A stretch of 25,326 nucleotides of DNA from Vitrella brassicaformis CCMP3155 (lineage: Eukaryota; Protista; Chromerida): NCBI GenBank assembly GCA_001179505.1, contig CDMY01000742.1:1-25326 (forward strand), read 5' to 3'. Positions 9,671 to 18,731 of the stretch are shown one piece after another. The position numbers and the translations under genes are program-made. Below the pieces are notes generated by a model. The model did no database searches. It saw nothing but the letters and a program-made list of their open reading frames with translations, and had not been told where the DNA came from. Each line of letters starts with the position of its first letter. The stretch's first letter is position 1.

Positions 9671-9892
9671 ATGAATAAAAATAATAAACCGAAGTAAGAT
9701 GCTCAACGCAATCGTGATTATCAAAGAGATAGACAGCGAAAGATATATCAGAAATATCTGGAATATGAGAAAATGAAAGAAAACTATGATAAATTACTAA
9801 ATGACTACAAAACACTAATTGATAAGTATAATGATTTAACTAAAAAACAGAAACATTTAGAAATACAACTTGCTAAACTACATATTATTTAA
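9671..9892 (+). pseudogene. bZIP-like basic and leucine-zipper mini-protein with an in-frame TAA at codon 9
   Basis: MNKNNKPK*DAQRNRDYQRDRQRK...MKENYDKLLNDYKTLIDKYNDLTKKQKHLEIQLAKL has five Leu at exact 7-residue spacing. It is absent from the ORF track. Confidence 0.5.
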
Positions 9893-10152
9893 TTAGAATT
9901 CAGATACAGAATTACTAAATGATTTATTTTTTGAAAGGAAATATAAGACATATATAATAAAACAACTACCCAAAATGATGCCGAATGAGTTATTTATGAT
10001 GGATGATAAATTGATTTGTGATGCCATGGAAACAGATGGTGCATTTTGGTTATTTTCCTCTTCCAGTTTTTTTTGAGATTTTTTATTATTTCATCCATAT
10101 TTTCATCATTACTACTCGTATCAGGCATAGGAGGGATATTAAAATTTTCCAT
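9893..10152 (-). pseudogene. Small protein with C-terminal TM helix, frameshifted in an A8 run
   Basis: MENFNIPPMPD...KNLKK, then shifted frame LEEENNQN...SFGIILGSCFIIYVLYFLSKNK...*. Confidence 0.5.
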
Positions 10153-10228
10153 AATTACACGATTACTATATTTCAATACGAAAAAAAATATAAAACAATT
10201 GCAAATTAAATATAATGATATATAAAGG

Positions 10229-10809
10229 ATGCCACGAAGTAATAAAGCTTTTGATAAGTAATTGAGGATATTAAGAAATCAACCGATGATGTTGATACAT
10301 CAGATATGCTAGAAATAAATGAAGGCGAGACATCATTTAATCTTGAACAGGAGTTAGAAAAGGATATGTTGAAAGCAAAGTATAATTCCTACTGCTGTTT
10401 GTTTCCTCATAAAAACTTTCAAAAATTACAAGCAAATATAAGCATCGGAGAATTAAAAGACAGGTTAGAGTATTGCCGTCTCTCTTCACAAATGGCAACA
10501 GATGCGATAGATACATCAACCTCCTATATTATCAGTAATATAGGAATGGTTATTGAAAAATTATTGCCGAAACTGACAAAAATACCACTCGATGGATTGA
10601 CTGACATGTTAAAAGAAGATGGTAATTTTATTACGACTTTAAAGATGCTTCTAGTCGAAAATCTTGAATACATCCAAATCGATCCGAGAATTCGATTGAT
10701 TGGTCTTTTAGTCTTTGCCGTGATTAAATGTGGAATTCAAAATATGGTCAATCCGAAACCGACACCAGAAAAAACAGAAGAATTAAAAACTAAATATTCT
10801 AATATATAA
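10229..10809 (+). CDS. Viral helical protein of unknown function (likely 5' frameshift; ORF track start 10306)
   Basis: The 167-aa ORF extends upstream in frame. An ATG at 10229 in another frame follows a TATATAA. Confidence 0.65.
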
Positions 10810-10814
10810 TTAAT

Positions 10815-11840
10815 ATGCCTCATCGTCAGAAGTGGTTAGAAACTGACAATTTAGTTGTTGATAATGTGTTTGTAGAAAAGAATTTACAAGGTATTAAAAT
10901 AGGAGATAAGACTGAATATTACGATGAAAACAAACATAACATAGCGATTATAGATGAGACAGACAATTTTAAAGTATTGGAAATACCACCTATGGAATAT
11001 ATGCCTGATGGTAGAGTAGTTAGGGATTACCAAAATTTAGAATGGGTTGTATCGGAGCGGATGAGACATAGTAATTTTGAATGGGTAGGTGATATGATGG
11101 ATTGGGCAAATGGTTATTATGAAAATCCAAGTGGTCATAATTTCGGATACTATTTAAAAGCGCATCAAGAATTAGGGATAGATATAACTGATTATGTGGA
11201 TTATGCGAAAAAATGGAAACATGAAGATTATTTAATTTATCGTTTTACTATGGGAGGAATATATATTGAAAATGGTGAATTATACTGGAAAAGAATGGTT
11301 GAGCGTGTCATTAAATACGCACCAACCGATATGTCCGAAAAATGGATTAAAGAATTTGAAGATATTACTAAAAATTCTGTTGAAGCGACTTTGGAAACTT
11401 GGGATTATACACACTCACCATCGGGAAAAATTATATACGATGTTGATAATAAGAAATATATTTGGGTAAATGATGAGACAAAAAATGAAGAAGGAGGAGT
11501 ATATGACCCTGAAACAGGTTATACTTATCCTCCTGATGATAAACCGATAGTAGGCGATACTGATTATAGTAAAAAAGGTATATTTGCTATATTTTTCATT
11601 TTCTATGACTATGTTAGACTTATCTATGATTTTTACTATGAATTTTTTGATAAAATGTTAAATTTAAGTAAATATCCTACAATCAATCGTAATTACAACC
11701 CCGATGTTTCAAAAGACGCTTTTGGTAATTTTATGAGTATGGTTTTGATTTATTATGGTAGTATTATGTCAGTAGGCTCTTTTGTTAAGATTGTACAGAG
11801 TTCATTATGCGGTGAAAAGTTTATAATAATAATATATTAA
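10815..11840 (+). CDS. Viral hypothetical protein (341 aa) with hydrophobic C-terminal segments
   Basis: Intact ORF with hydrophobic stretches GIFAIFFIFYDYVRLIY and FMSMVLIYYGSIMSVGSFV. Confidence 0.72.
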   Translation: MPHRQKWLETDNLVVDNVFVEKNLQGIKIGDKTEYYDENKHNIAIIDETDNFKVLEIPPMEYMPDGRVVRDYQNLEWVVSERMRHSNFEWVGDMMDWANGYYENPSGHNFGYYLKAHQELGIDITDYVDYAKKWKHEDYLIYRFTMGGIYIENGELYWKRMVERVIKYAPTDMSEKWIKEFEDITKNSVEATLETWDYTHSPSGKIIYDVDNKKYIWVNDETKNEEGGVYDPETGYTYPPDDKPIVGDTDYSKKGIFAIFFIFYDYVRLIYDFYYEFFDKMLNLSKYPTINRNYNPDVSKDAFGNFMSMVLIYYGSIMSVGSFVKIVQSSLCGEKFIIIIY

Positions 11841-11847
11841 CAATAAA

Positions 11848-12114
11848 ATGTCTGATAGAGGAGCAGGAGGTTTTATAATGAACGAAATTGTATTTCCAGT
11901 TTGAGATACGCTTTACGAAATAATGTTTCGTGCGATAGATGGAGTTATGAACAATGCGTTAAAGAAATCAAACCCTGATTTAGACCCTCAACTTTCAAAA
12001 TATGGGAAGGGGAGCAGATTGTTTTTATCTTATATCGTAACTATAGTTGGGAGTGTAGTTGAAGCGGGAATAGCAATACGACTTTGGATGTTATTTGACC
12101 AATTGAGAAGATAA
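11848..12114 (+). pseudogene. Small predicted membrane protein with an in-frame TGA at 11902-11904
   Basis: MSDRGAGGFIMNEIVFPV*DTLYEIMFRAID...LFLSYIVTIVGSVVEAGIAIRLWMLF. Confidence 0.55.
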
Positions 12115-12160
12115 ATAAATTATTTATTTTTTTATATAAGATATATATAACTAATTTAGA

Positions 12161-12658
12161 ATGTCAGCAGAGTTAGAAGACCAAGCAACAAGTGGATTTG
12201 ATTTTCTTACATATTATGTAACATTCGTCCAAACTTTTGCTAAAACTAATATGAAAAGTATTATCACTTCGTCAATGGTCTGGGGCATACAGACAATAAA
12301 CCCCTATAAAAAGCAAAGACAGGAAAGATATGTAGCAGGATATAGAATATCCCCTGAAATTTATGAAGGTGTAAATTCTCTACTTACAACTTATAGTGAT
12401 GCTTTGAATGATATTTTGTTGTCACCTATTTTCTTGAATTTGCCTATGGAAAATAAACTTGTAGCATCAGGAATTAAAGGTGCGGTTTCACGAATGGTTA
12501 TGGAGTTGTTATTCAATCAAGATCCTGATTATTCACTGGCAGTGGTCTATTTCACCGCTCATGCTGGTGGTGAATTCGTAAGTGATATGATTATGGAAAA
12601 AATGACCACAACTACTCCGCCTGTCAATGAAGGAGAGAATACAGAACCATTAGCATAA
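12161..12658 (+). CDS. Viral hypothetical protein (165 aa), candidate structural protein
   Basis: Intact ORF immediately upstream of the MCP, preceded by a T-run/TATATAA motif. Confidence 0.72.
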   Translation: MSAELEDQATSGFDFLTYYVTFVQTFAKTNMKSIITSSMVWGIQTINPYKKQRQERYVAGYRISPEIYEGVNSLLTTYSDALNDILLSPIFLNLPMENKLVASGIKGAVSRMVMELLFNQDPDYSLAVVYFTAHAGGEFVSDMIMEKMTTTTPPVNEGENTEPLA

Positions 12659-12673
12659 ACCATAATTAATTAA

Positions 12674-12695
12674 TTAATATTTTTTTTATATATAA
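12674..12695 (+). promoter_or_regulatory. Putative viral late promoter TTAATA(T)8ATATATAA upstream of the MCP
   Basis: A near-identical copy at 14041-14064 precedes ORF 14080. Each ends 15-16 nt before the ATG. Confidence 0.55.
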
Positions 12696-12711
12696 TCAGT
12701 TTATAAGTGAT

Positions 12712-13946
12712 ATGTCAAAATCTGTTGTTGAGAAGTCCCTTTCACTTCCCAAAAATACGGACTCTATTTTACAGCGATTTACTCATAGGCCAATTAAATC
12801 AAAGTCAAACCTTGTTTTTAATCTACCAAGCCGCAGTTTATCAAATACTTCAAGTTGGAACCGAAGTGAATGGCGGGTGTATCATAAAATTTCTGGGCAA
12901 ACATCGTTTTCCGGAAGTGCTGTATGGGAATTGGAGGAAAACTTTATGTTGATTGAACCATATTTAGAAATCGAATTTGAACCCTTAACGCAGACTGGTG
13001 GAACTACACAATATTATCATCGCACAGCACTACTTATCGATACTATAACTCTGTTTAGCGGGGGTGGAAGTCATCAATTAAAGCAGATAGAAGGAACTGA
13101 TTTATATTTTAGCATACTATTTTCACACACTAAAGATGCTCTACAAACGATTAATAGTTTCAGCGGATTAGAAAGCAGTGTTGAACGCTCACAGAATAAT
13201 ACCGATGGCAAACTTCGGTATTTCTTACCTTTGAAGTCAGTATTTTTCAACACCAATATTCCGCTGTGGTATTTGAAATCGAAACTTCGTCTGGTCATCA
13301 AATTCAAGGATGCTTCGGTGGCAAGTTATGGAGATGGAACATCACCTTCAACTCCGGCGATTAAACACTGCCTGCTTCATTGTCATTATATGGATTACAA
13401 CAGAAGCGTTAAACAAGCACTAATAGCAAATCGTAATATTAAACATTATCGTGTCGTTTCAAGTCATCGCACTAAACTTCATATTCCATCAGGCACCCTT
13501 TCATTTGCTGACCAATACCTAAATTTCAACCATCCATCGATCGTATTACAAAGGTTAATGCGGAAGGAGATGATGTTATTGACAACAATGTGCCTATCAA
13601 ACAATTCGTGCTAAAAGACCAGAACGGGACAATTATTAGTTATGCTTCTCCAATCGATGGTGAGTTTTGTAGGTCGGTATTAGCGTATACTCAGTGGGAC
13701 AATTTTCTGAGGAACTCGCCTTTTCTTGACGTAAATACCCTTTATTTTTTCAGTTTTGCTCAAAATCCAGCAGTCGCACTTTTGACAGGAAATAACACGG
13801 GCTGGAGACGCTTATTTTCAAATGAGAGAATTACAATCGATTTCGATAGTCCTACATCAGAAGATTATACGCTTCATCTAATTAGTTATGCGTATGAAAT
13901 GCTACAATTAAATCCTGCTAATGGAAGTTTAGTTGTCCTTTCTTGA
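12712..13946 (+). pseudogene. MCP: Double-jelly-roll major capsid protein, split into two overlapping ORFs (12712-13614 and 13590-13946)
   Basis: LIDTITLFSGG...IEGTDLY, YFLPLKSVFF..NIPLWYLKSKLRLVIKF and C-terminal YFFSFAQNP...TG...YAYEMLQL resemble DJR MCP motifs. It lies in the same element as the packaging ATPase. Confidence 0.85.
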
Positions 13947-14079
13947 TGTGTTTGATATTTAATTCAGTACAATATCACTTAAAGCACTTATTATAATATA
14001 ATGAATGATAGATGTTTAAGTGAATATAATTTTAATTAAATTAATATTTTTTTTATATATATAACTTTGTTAAACAGAA

Positions 14080-14643
14080 ATGGCAGCAGTACCAGCAGCA
14101 ACTAATATTAACCCTCAGGGTCTTGTTAATGCAGTAAGTCAATTACGTCCAGTAGTACGTCCTGGTCAAACGGCAAGAGCAACAAGAGACAGCACAATTG
14201 AACCTCATGGAATTCAAGATAGTGAGTTATATAATATTATGCAAGGCTTGGGTCATGCAAATGCTGATTATCACGCTCAACCAATTGTTAATGACAGTGG
14301 AAATATCGACAAACAAATTATTCGCTTAACTAATTATATTCGTTCTGTTACTCAACTACAAGGCTACTTGACTAATAAACTCAATGAGCTTATTCGTATT
14401 CGGTCATACATTAAAAGTACTAAAATTTATTACATAACCAAATTTATGAGACTTGGATATACTGAAAATGAAGCTGTATCTATGGCACAAGCTGTCATTA
14501 ATCCTATTGCCTCTGCTGAACTTAAAATGGATAACGAACTACTACCTGACAAATTAAGTCAGTTAGCTATGCAGACACAGAGGCAGACATACAACGACCC
14601 GAACTTGCGTCTTGGTCAAGCTCTGATAAACCAAGGGAGGTAG
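14080..14643 (+). CDS. Viral hypothetical protein (187 aa), candidate virion protein
   Basis: Intact ORF sharing the MCP upstream motif. Confidence 0.75.
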   Translation: MAAVPAATNINPQGLVNAVSQLRPVVRPGQTARATRDSTIEPHGIQDSELYNIMQGLGHANADYHAQPIVNDSGNIDKQIIRLTNYIRSVTQLQGYLTNKLNELIRIRSYIKSTKIYYITKFMRLGYTENEAVSMAQAVINPIASAELKMDNELLPDKLSQLAMQTQRQTYNDPNLRLGQALINQGR

Positions 14644-14675
14644 GCAAAAAAAAATATATATATATAATATAGAAT

Positions 14676-15631
14676 ATGAGTGCTTCTAGTGAAGATACAT
14701 TACTTCATTCTATCTATAACATGGCTAATAATTCAACACAATTAAAAGAAATACATGACTTGTACTGGGGAATGAATGATGAAGAGCGACAAAATTATGA
14801 TGCTGGCCTGAACTATCTTAAATCACATGCTGAAAGTTTACTACCAAAAACACCTTTGTTTAGTCTACACAATGTTAGTGACATACCGCCTGAACTGGAA
14901 GAAGGGCAAATGTTATTTACTTTCCCTCCAATAAACAAGAAAAAAGGATTTACTTGGGATAAAGATACCTTCTATAATTTTAAAGATAATCGTGCTTTGC
15001 TTGTTAATGTGAATGAACTTAATAAAGAAAATAACTTGATGCTTTTTTGAATGTCGTTAAAAGAAATGATATACTTAAAGGTGCATTAAATAATAGAGAT
15101 AATGGGTTTAATGTTTATTCATCCAATTTAAATAATCCAACCATTAAATCATTCTTTCAGAAATTTTTGGGTAAAAATGCTAATGTTGATTTATCTGTTC
15201 AAGAGGTTCTTAAAGTAGCGGACAGTGATGAAATACAAGACCAATTAATTAATGCTCGGTATGTTCCACCTCCACAGCAACCAGCACCACCTCCTCTTCC
15301 ACCTCAAATTCCTCCTGCTGATGGAGGCTTGCCTGAACCATTAGAAGAATCGCCTTATGAACCACAACCTGAACCGGCAGAACCGCCACCTCCTGCATTA
15401 CCCGAACCAGCACCCGAACCGCCCACTAATTTTCCACCCAATTATGAACCAGAACCTGAAACAGGAGCAAGACAAATACCACCTCCTGCACCAGAGCCAC
15501 CGCTTAATATTCCACCTGAATGGAACCCTCCTGCACCAGCCTATGGGGAGGGGAGGGCAACAACACATCGAACAACAAGAGGGCCAAGAATAGAAGATAA
15601 CATACAACCGCTACTGCAAGTCCCACGTTAA
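14676..15631 (+). pseudogene. Viral protein with a Pro/Glu-rich C-terminal region, split by a probable 1-bp deletion near 15035
   Basis: ORFs 14676-15050 and 15047-15631 join as ..KEN(K)LDAFLNVVKR.. if one A is added. There are repeated PPPAPEPP motifs and a PPNY. Confidence 0.62.
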
Positions 15632-15632
15632 T

Positions 15633-16295
15633 TTATTCTATAATTCCAAACCATTTATAATCACAGTAATTCTCCTTTATTTCTGTGTTTGAACTGCGTG
15701 CATTTACTGAAACAAAACAATAATTATTAGTAGCATTATAAAAATACTTATAAAATTCTGATTTTTTCTTGCCATCATTAAATATCTCTTCGTGAAGAAT
15801 TGCCAGACTAGCATGGCCACATTGGCGTAATAAAAATGCAAAATCATAAATGCTTCTTATTAATGTTGATACTCTTTTTACAGACTGACTTATTAGAATA
15901 ATACTGACATTCATATGCCTAACAATAGTAAGTAATCTCTCAAATTCCTTGCTTCTCGTATTGTCCATCGTAGCAATACTATCATCAAGTATCATTAGCA
16001 CTCGTCTTCGCTTCTTTGTCTTCTCTTGATGTTCCGCCAACGCCTTGATTTGCTCTTCTGTTATTTTGGTCAAAACCTTATGACGCTTCACGCCAGTCTT
16101 CAACCACAGTTCAGGTTGCACCGTCACAATCACTTCATCATCAAACTTATTCCTATCCCGCAGATACCGATATAATGATAGTGCAATCAAGGTTTTTCCC
16201 GTATTTATACGTCCTGTAATTAACAATATCCAGCACTTCTTCTCGTTCGCGATCTTGTTGAATATCTCTCGGCAGTTCCGTATTTTTTCGTGCAT
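15633..16295 (-). CDS. A32/FtsK-HerA-like genome packaging ATPase, intact
   Basis: Walker A ITGRINTGKT, Walker B LMILDD, and downstream VRH and ISQ motifs. Confidence 0.93.
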   Translation of the reverse strand: MHEKIRNCREIFNKIANEKKCWILLITGRINTGKTLIALSLYRYLRDRNKFDDEVIVTVQPELWLKTGVKRHKVLTKITEEQIKALAEHQEKTKKRRRVLMILDDSIATMDNTRSKEFERLLTIVRHMNVSIILISQSVKRVSTLIRSIYDFAFLLRQCGHASLAILHEEIFNDGKKKSEFYKYFYNATNNYCFVSVNARSSNTEIKENYCDYKWFGIIE

Positions 16296-16308
16296 CTCAT
16301 TTATTAAT

Positions 16309-16497
16309 TTATATATTATTATTCTTTGATTCCATTTTTGTATTGACTGCGCGCTCTATCCGTCGAGCCACCTGCTCCGCATTCTTTACTTTCGCATTTT
16401 TCAGACGCTTTAAATAAAACTGGTAAAGTATTCTTCCATCATTATCATCGTTTGTATTTTTATTTTTTTTCAGTCGCTGAATTAGACTATTAGACAT
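16309..16497 (-). CDS. Small basic viral protein (62 aa)
   Basis: Lys/Arg-rich ORF directly upstream of the ATPase on the same strand, preceded by TATATA. Confidence 0.55.
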   Translation of the reverse strand: MSNSLIQRLKKNKNTNDDNDGRILYQFYLKRLKNAKVKNAEQVARRIERAVNTKMESKNNNI

Positions 16498-16540
16498 TAT
16501 ATATGATAAAATTAAAAAAACAACAACGCACTTTTAAAAT

Positions 16541-17083
16541 TCACCGCTGTGCATCGTGACAATATGGGGCGGTATTCACCTGCCCTGCCACCACCTGTTC
16601 ATTGTTTTGCCATTCTCCACACGCCCATTCCTCATTTCCTCTCCATTGTTTTTCTCATTTGTCACGAGTAGTCTTTTCATCTCGTGTCAATCGTCTTTTG
16701 ATCTCATCCATTTGTTTTTCTCATTTGTCACGAGTAGAGTTTCTATCTCGTGTCGGTCGTTTTTTGATTTTTGAACGTGTCTTTTTTTTCCTCTTTTTGA
16801 GGCACAGGCAACTGAGTGCCTTTCTCCTCCTCTTTGAGCCACCTCCGTTAATACCAAACCCCGTCCACTCTCCCTGTGAGAGCTGGCCGTTAGCAGGTCT
16901 AGCCGTTCGTTTAGTCGGCTCGTATCGTAAATTCCGTATACCATCCCCCTCCCAAGATTTGAACCTCTGCGGTAATGAATGGCATAAACCCAGTTTTCCC
17001 ACTGAACTATGGTGGCAGGCGTCGGGGGGGGTCTGCTTAGTATGGAGGAGGTGGTAAATCACTTAGTATGCTGGTAAATCACT
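16541..17083. repeat. Candidate right terminal inverted repeat of the virus
   Basis: Non-coding region of intermediate GC. It has an internal tandem duplication (26-bp exact core at 16646-16671 and 16712-16737) and a terminal repeat TGGTAAATCACTTA at 17052-17065 and 17072-17085. The partner TIR is not in the window. Confidence 0.5.
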
Positions 17084-17203
17084 TATTAAGCTCGCATCGT
17101 CTTTTCAGCGGGTCTCTTGTCGTTTCTGACGTCGCATCTGCCAGTTTCGCTTGTCGGTTGAGTTCCAGTCAACGTTTCCTCTGTTTTCATCCATTGGCAA
17201 GCG

Positions 17204-17712
17204 ATGGCGTGGACGTCACAGACCCAGTTGCCCTTCTTCGTCCTGATTTTGGGCATTCACGCCGTTGTGGTGCATCCGCTGTATCACAGCAAGGCCATCG
17301 ACCGCAACAGCAATGACCCCTTCCCGCACAGCCAGTGGGTAGAGGAGGTCAACGAAATCATCGAGAGCGCCGTGCGAAAGGTGCCTCGTGCGGCGATGGC
17401 GGGGCAGCAAGGGGGTAGCAGCAGCAGCAGCAGCAAGAAGAAACGACCGAGTGTGAACCTCGCCAACCAAGACCACACGTGTGCGCCACTTACGGCTGCA
17501 ACAACAAGGTGGGGTCGGGTCGGTGCAAGGTCTGCCACTGTTGCGGGAAGGCGGTGTGCAAGATGCACGGGAACGGGCACCACTACACCAACAACGAGGT
17601 GGTCGGCATGATACTCAACAAGATGAAGAAGATGGGAATGATGAGCGAGGAGAACTTCGTGTGCCTCAACTGTGTTAAGGTCAAGTTCGTCCAGGGTGTG
17701 AAGGCTCACTAA
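17204..17712 (+). pseudogene. Possible piggyBac-like transposase 3' remnant
   Basis: A GVDVTD motif resembles piggyBac GGVDxxD. It is followed by a hydrophobic L....A....LY helix and then, after a frameshift near 17478, CATYGC...CHCCGKAVCKMH...VCLNC, which resembles the piggyBac C-terminal Cys-rich domain. No TIR was found. Confidence 0.42.
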
Positions 17713-17840
17713 GTTGCCCATCCATGGCCTGTCTTGCCCATTCGATGGATGGATTAGTTGTGAGCGCGAGTTCACACCCTGGCCGACCTGCTCTTTTCTT
17801 GATGGATGGATGAATATGAGAGAGGCCAGCTCTCTGCTTC

Positions 17841-17871
<31 letters not shown>

Positions 17872-17961
17872 TATGCGGCTTGCCCATCTCTTTTGAGTGT
17901 CAGCCAACACAGACCGGTTGAGTGCACATTTCCCGTTGGACAAAGGTCACTGTGCGCGTGT

Positions 17962-18076
17962 GTGTGGAGGGGGGGGAGGGATTCATTGCATTCCATTCCA
18001 TCGCTTGGTGGACGCGTGTGTGTGTGGACCACGCAATGAAATGGAATGCAATGAATCCCTCCCCCCCCCTCCACAC
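17962..18076. repeat. Foldback hairpin (about 43-bp arms, 28-nt loop), MITE-like
   Basis: 17962-18004 matches the reverse complement of 18033-18076 with two substitutions and a one-base G-run difference. A partial third arm lies near 18190-18210. Confidence 0.85.
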
Positions 18077-18216
18077 CAGCCACACCGACAGAGACAGACA
18101 GACAGACAGACAAATGCGCGATATCAAAGACGGACGGGGGACATTTCGATGAGGGACAGTGGACGGACCTGTATGTCTTCATGTGGGCGGGGGATCCATT
18201 GCATTCCATTTGGTTG

Positions 18217-18246
18217 TGTGGTGTGGTGTGGTGTGGTGTGGTGTGG
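18217..18246. repeat. (TGTGG)6 microsatellite, one of many host simple repeats (others: TC about 17838-17870, CA about 18817-18864, GT about 19305-19330, GAG about 24394-24428)
   Basis: Directly visible. Confidence 0.9.
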
Positions 18247-18644
18247 TGCACCGTCCCTGGTGCCTGCTGGCTGGCTGGTAGCTGACGTGCCCTTTTCGGC
18301 CTACACGTAAAGGTGTGCTGAAACACACAACACACACAGAGACAGCCAATACGCACACCCATTGATGTGTGCGTGTGGTGTATATTTGTTTCTTTCAGTT
18401 TCTGATGCGTCTTCGCGATCTGCATCGATGAGCGAGGCCTCGGTTGGACACGCCGCACACGCGATGCTCTAAACTGCGAGCTCCCTCCTTCCCCCGTTCG
18501 CCGAAAAGTGCCGAGACCTTCTGTTAGGAAGCGAAGGAGACGCTGAGAGAGAAACGCTGGAAAACTGAAACGAAAAGCGGGCCTGGATTGCCAGCTTCGT
18601 CTCATGTGATTTATCGGTGGGTAAAGTGCGCTGATATAGGTCAT

Positions 18645-18731
18645 CTGAGTGTTCTCATTCCTATGTCCCCTCCCTGAGTGTTCTCATTTCCATGTCCCCT
18701 CCCTGAGTGTTCTCATTCCCATGTCCCCTCC
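18645..18731. repeat. 29-bp minisatellite, three copies
   Basis: CTGAGTGTTCTCATTCCTATGTCCCCTCC units start at 18645, 18674 and 18703 with no spacers. Confidence 0.95.

Larger units (their letters stand above)
235..17083. mobile_element. Endogenous Polinton/Maverick-like dsDNA virus (pPolB, rve integrase, DJR MCP, packaging ATPase), partly decayed; left end outside the window
   Basis: Densely packed, intronless AT-rich ORFs (one spot-counted line about 28% GC, against 55-70% in spot-counted flank lines) with four hallmark genes recognised by motifs. Composition changes near 16540. The right boundary is inferred from terminal-type repeats ending ...AAATCACT at 17083. Confidence 0.92.

Noticed and set aside
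8295-11904. In-frame TGA codons in the integrase and the 11848 ORF as evidence of an alternative genetic code
   Set aside because: TGG is used for Trp throughout, TGA ends genuine genes such as the MCP, an in-frame TAA also occurs, and the integrase TGA aligns to a Ser position. Ordinary nonsense mutations explain them.
235-17083. Giant-virus fragment or bacterial tectivirus prophage
   Set aside because: Protein-primed PolB plus rve integrase plus compact size fits a Polinton-like element, and the flank has spliceosomal introns.
18645-18731. 29-bp repeats as a CRISPR array
   Set aside because: The units are directly adjacent with no spacers, there are no cas genes, and the context is eukaryotic.
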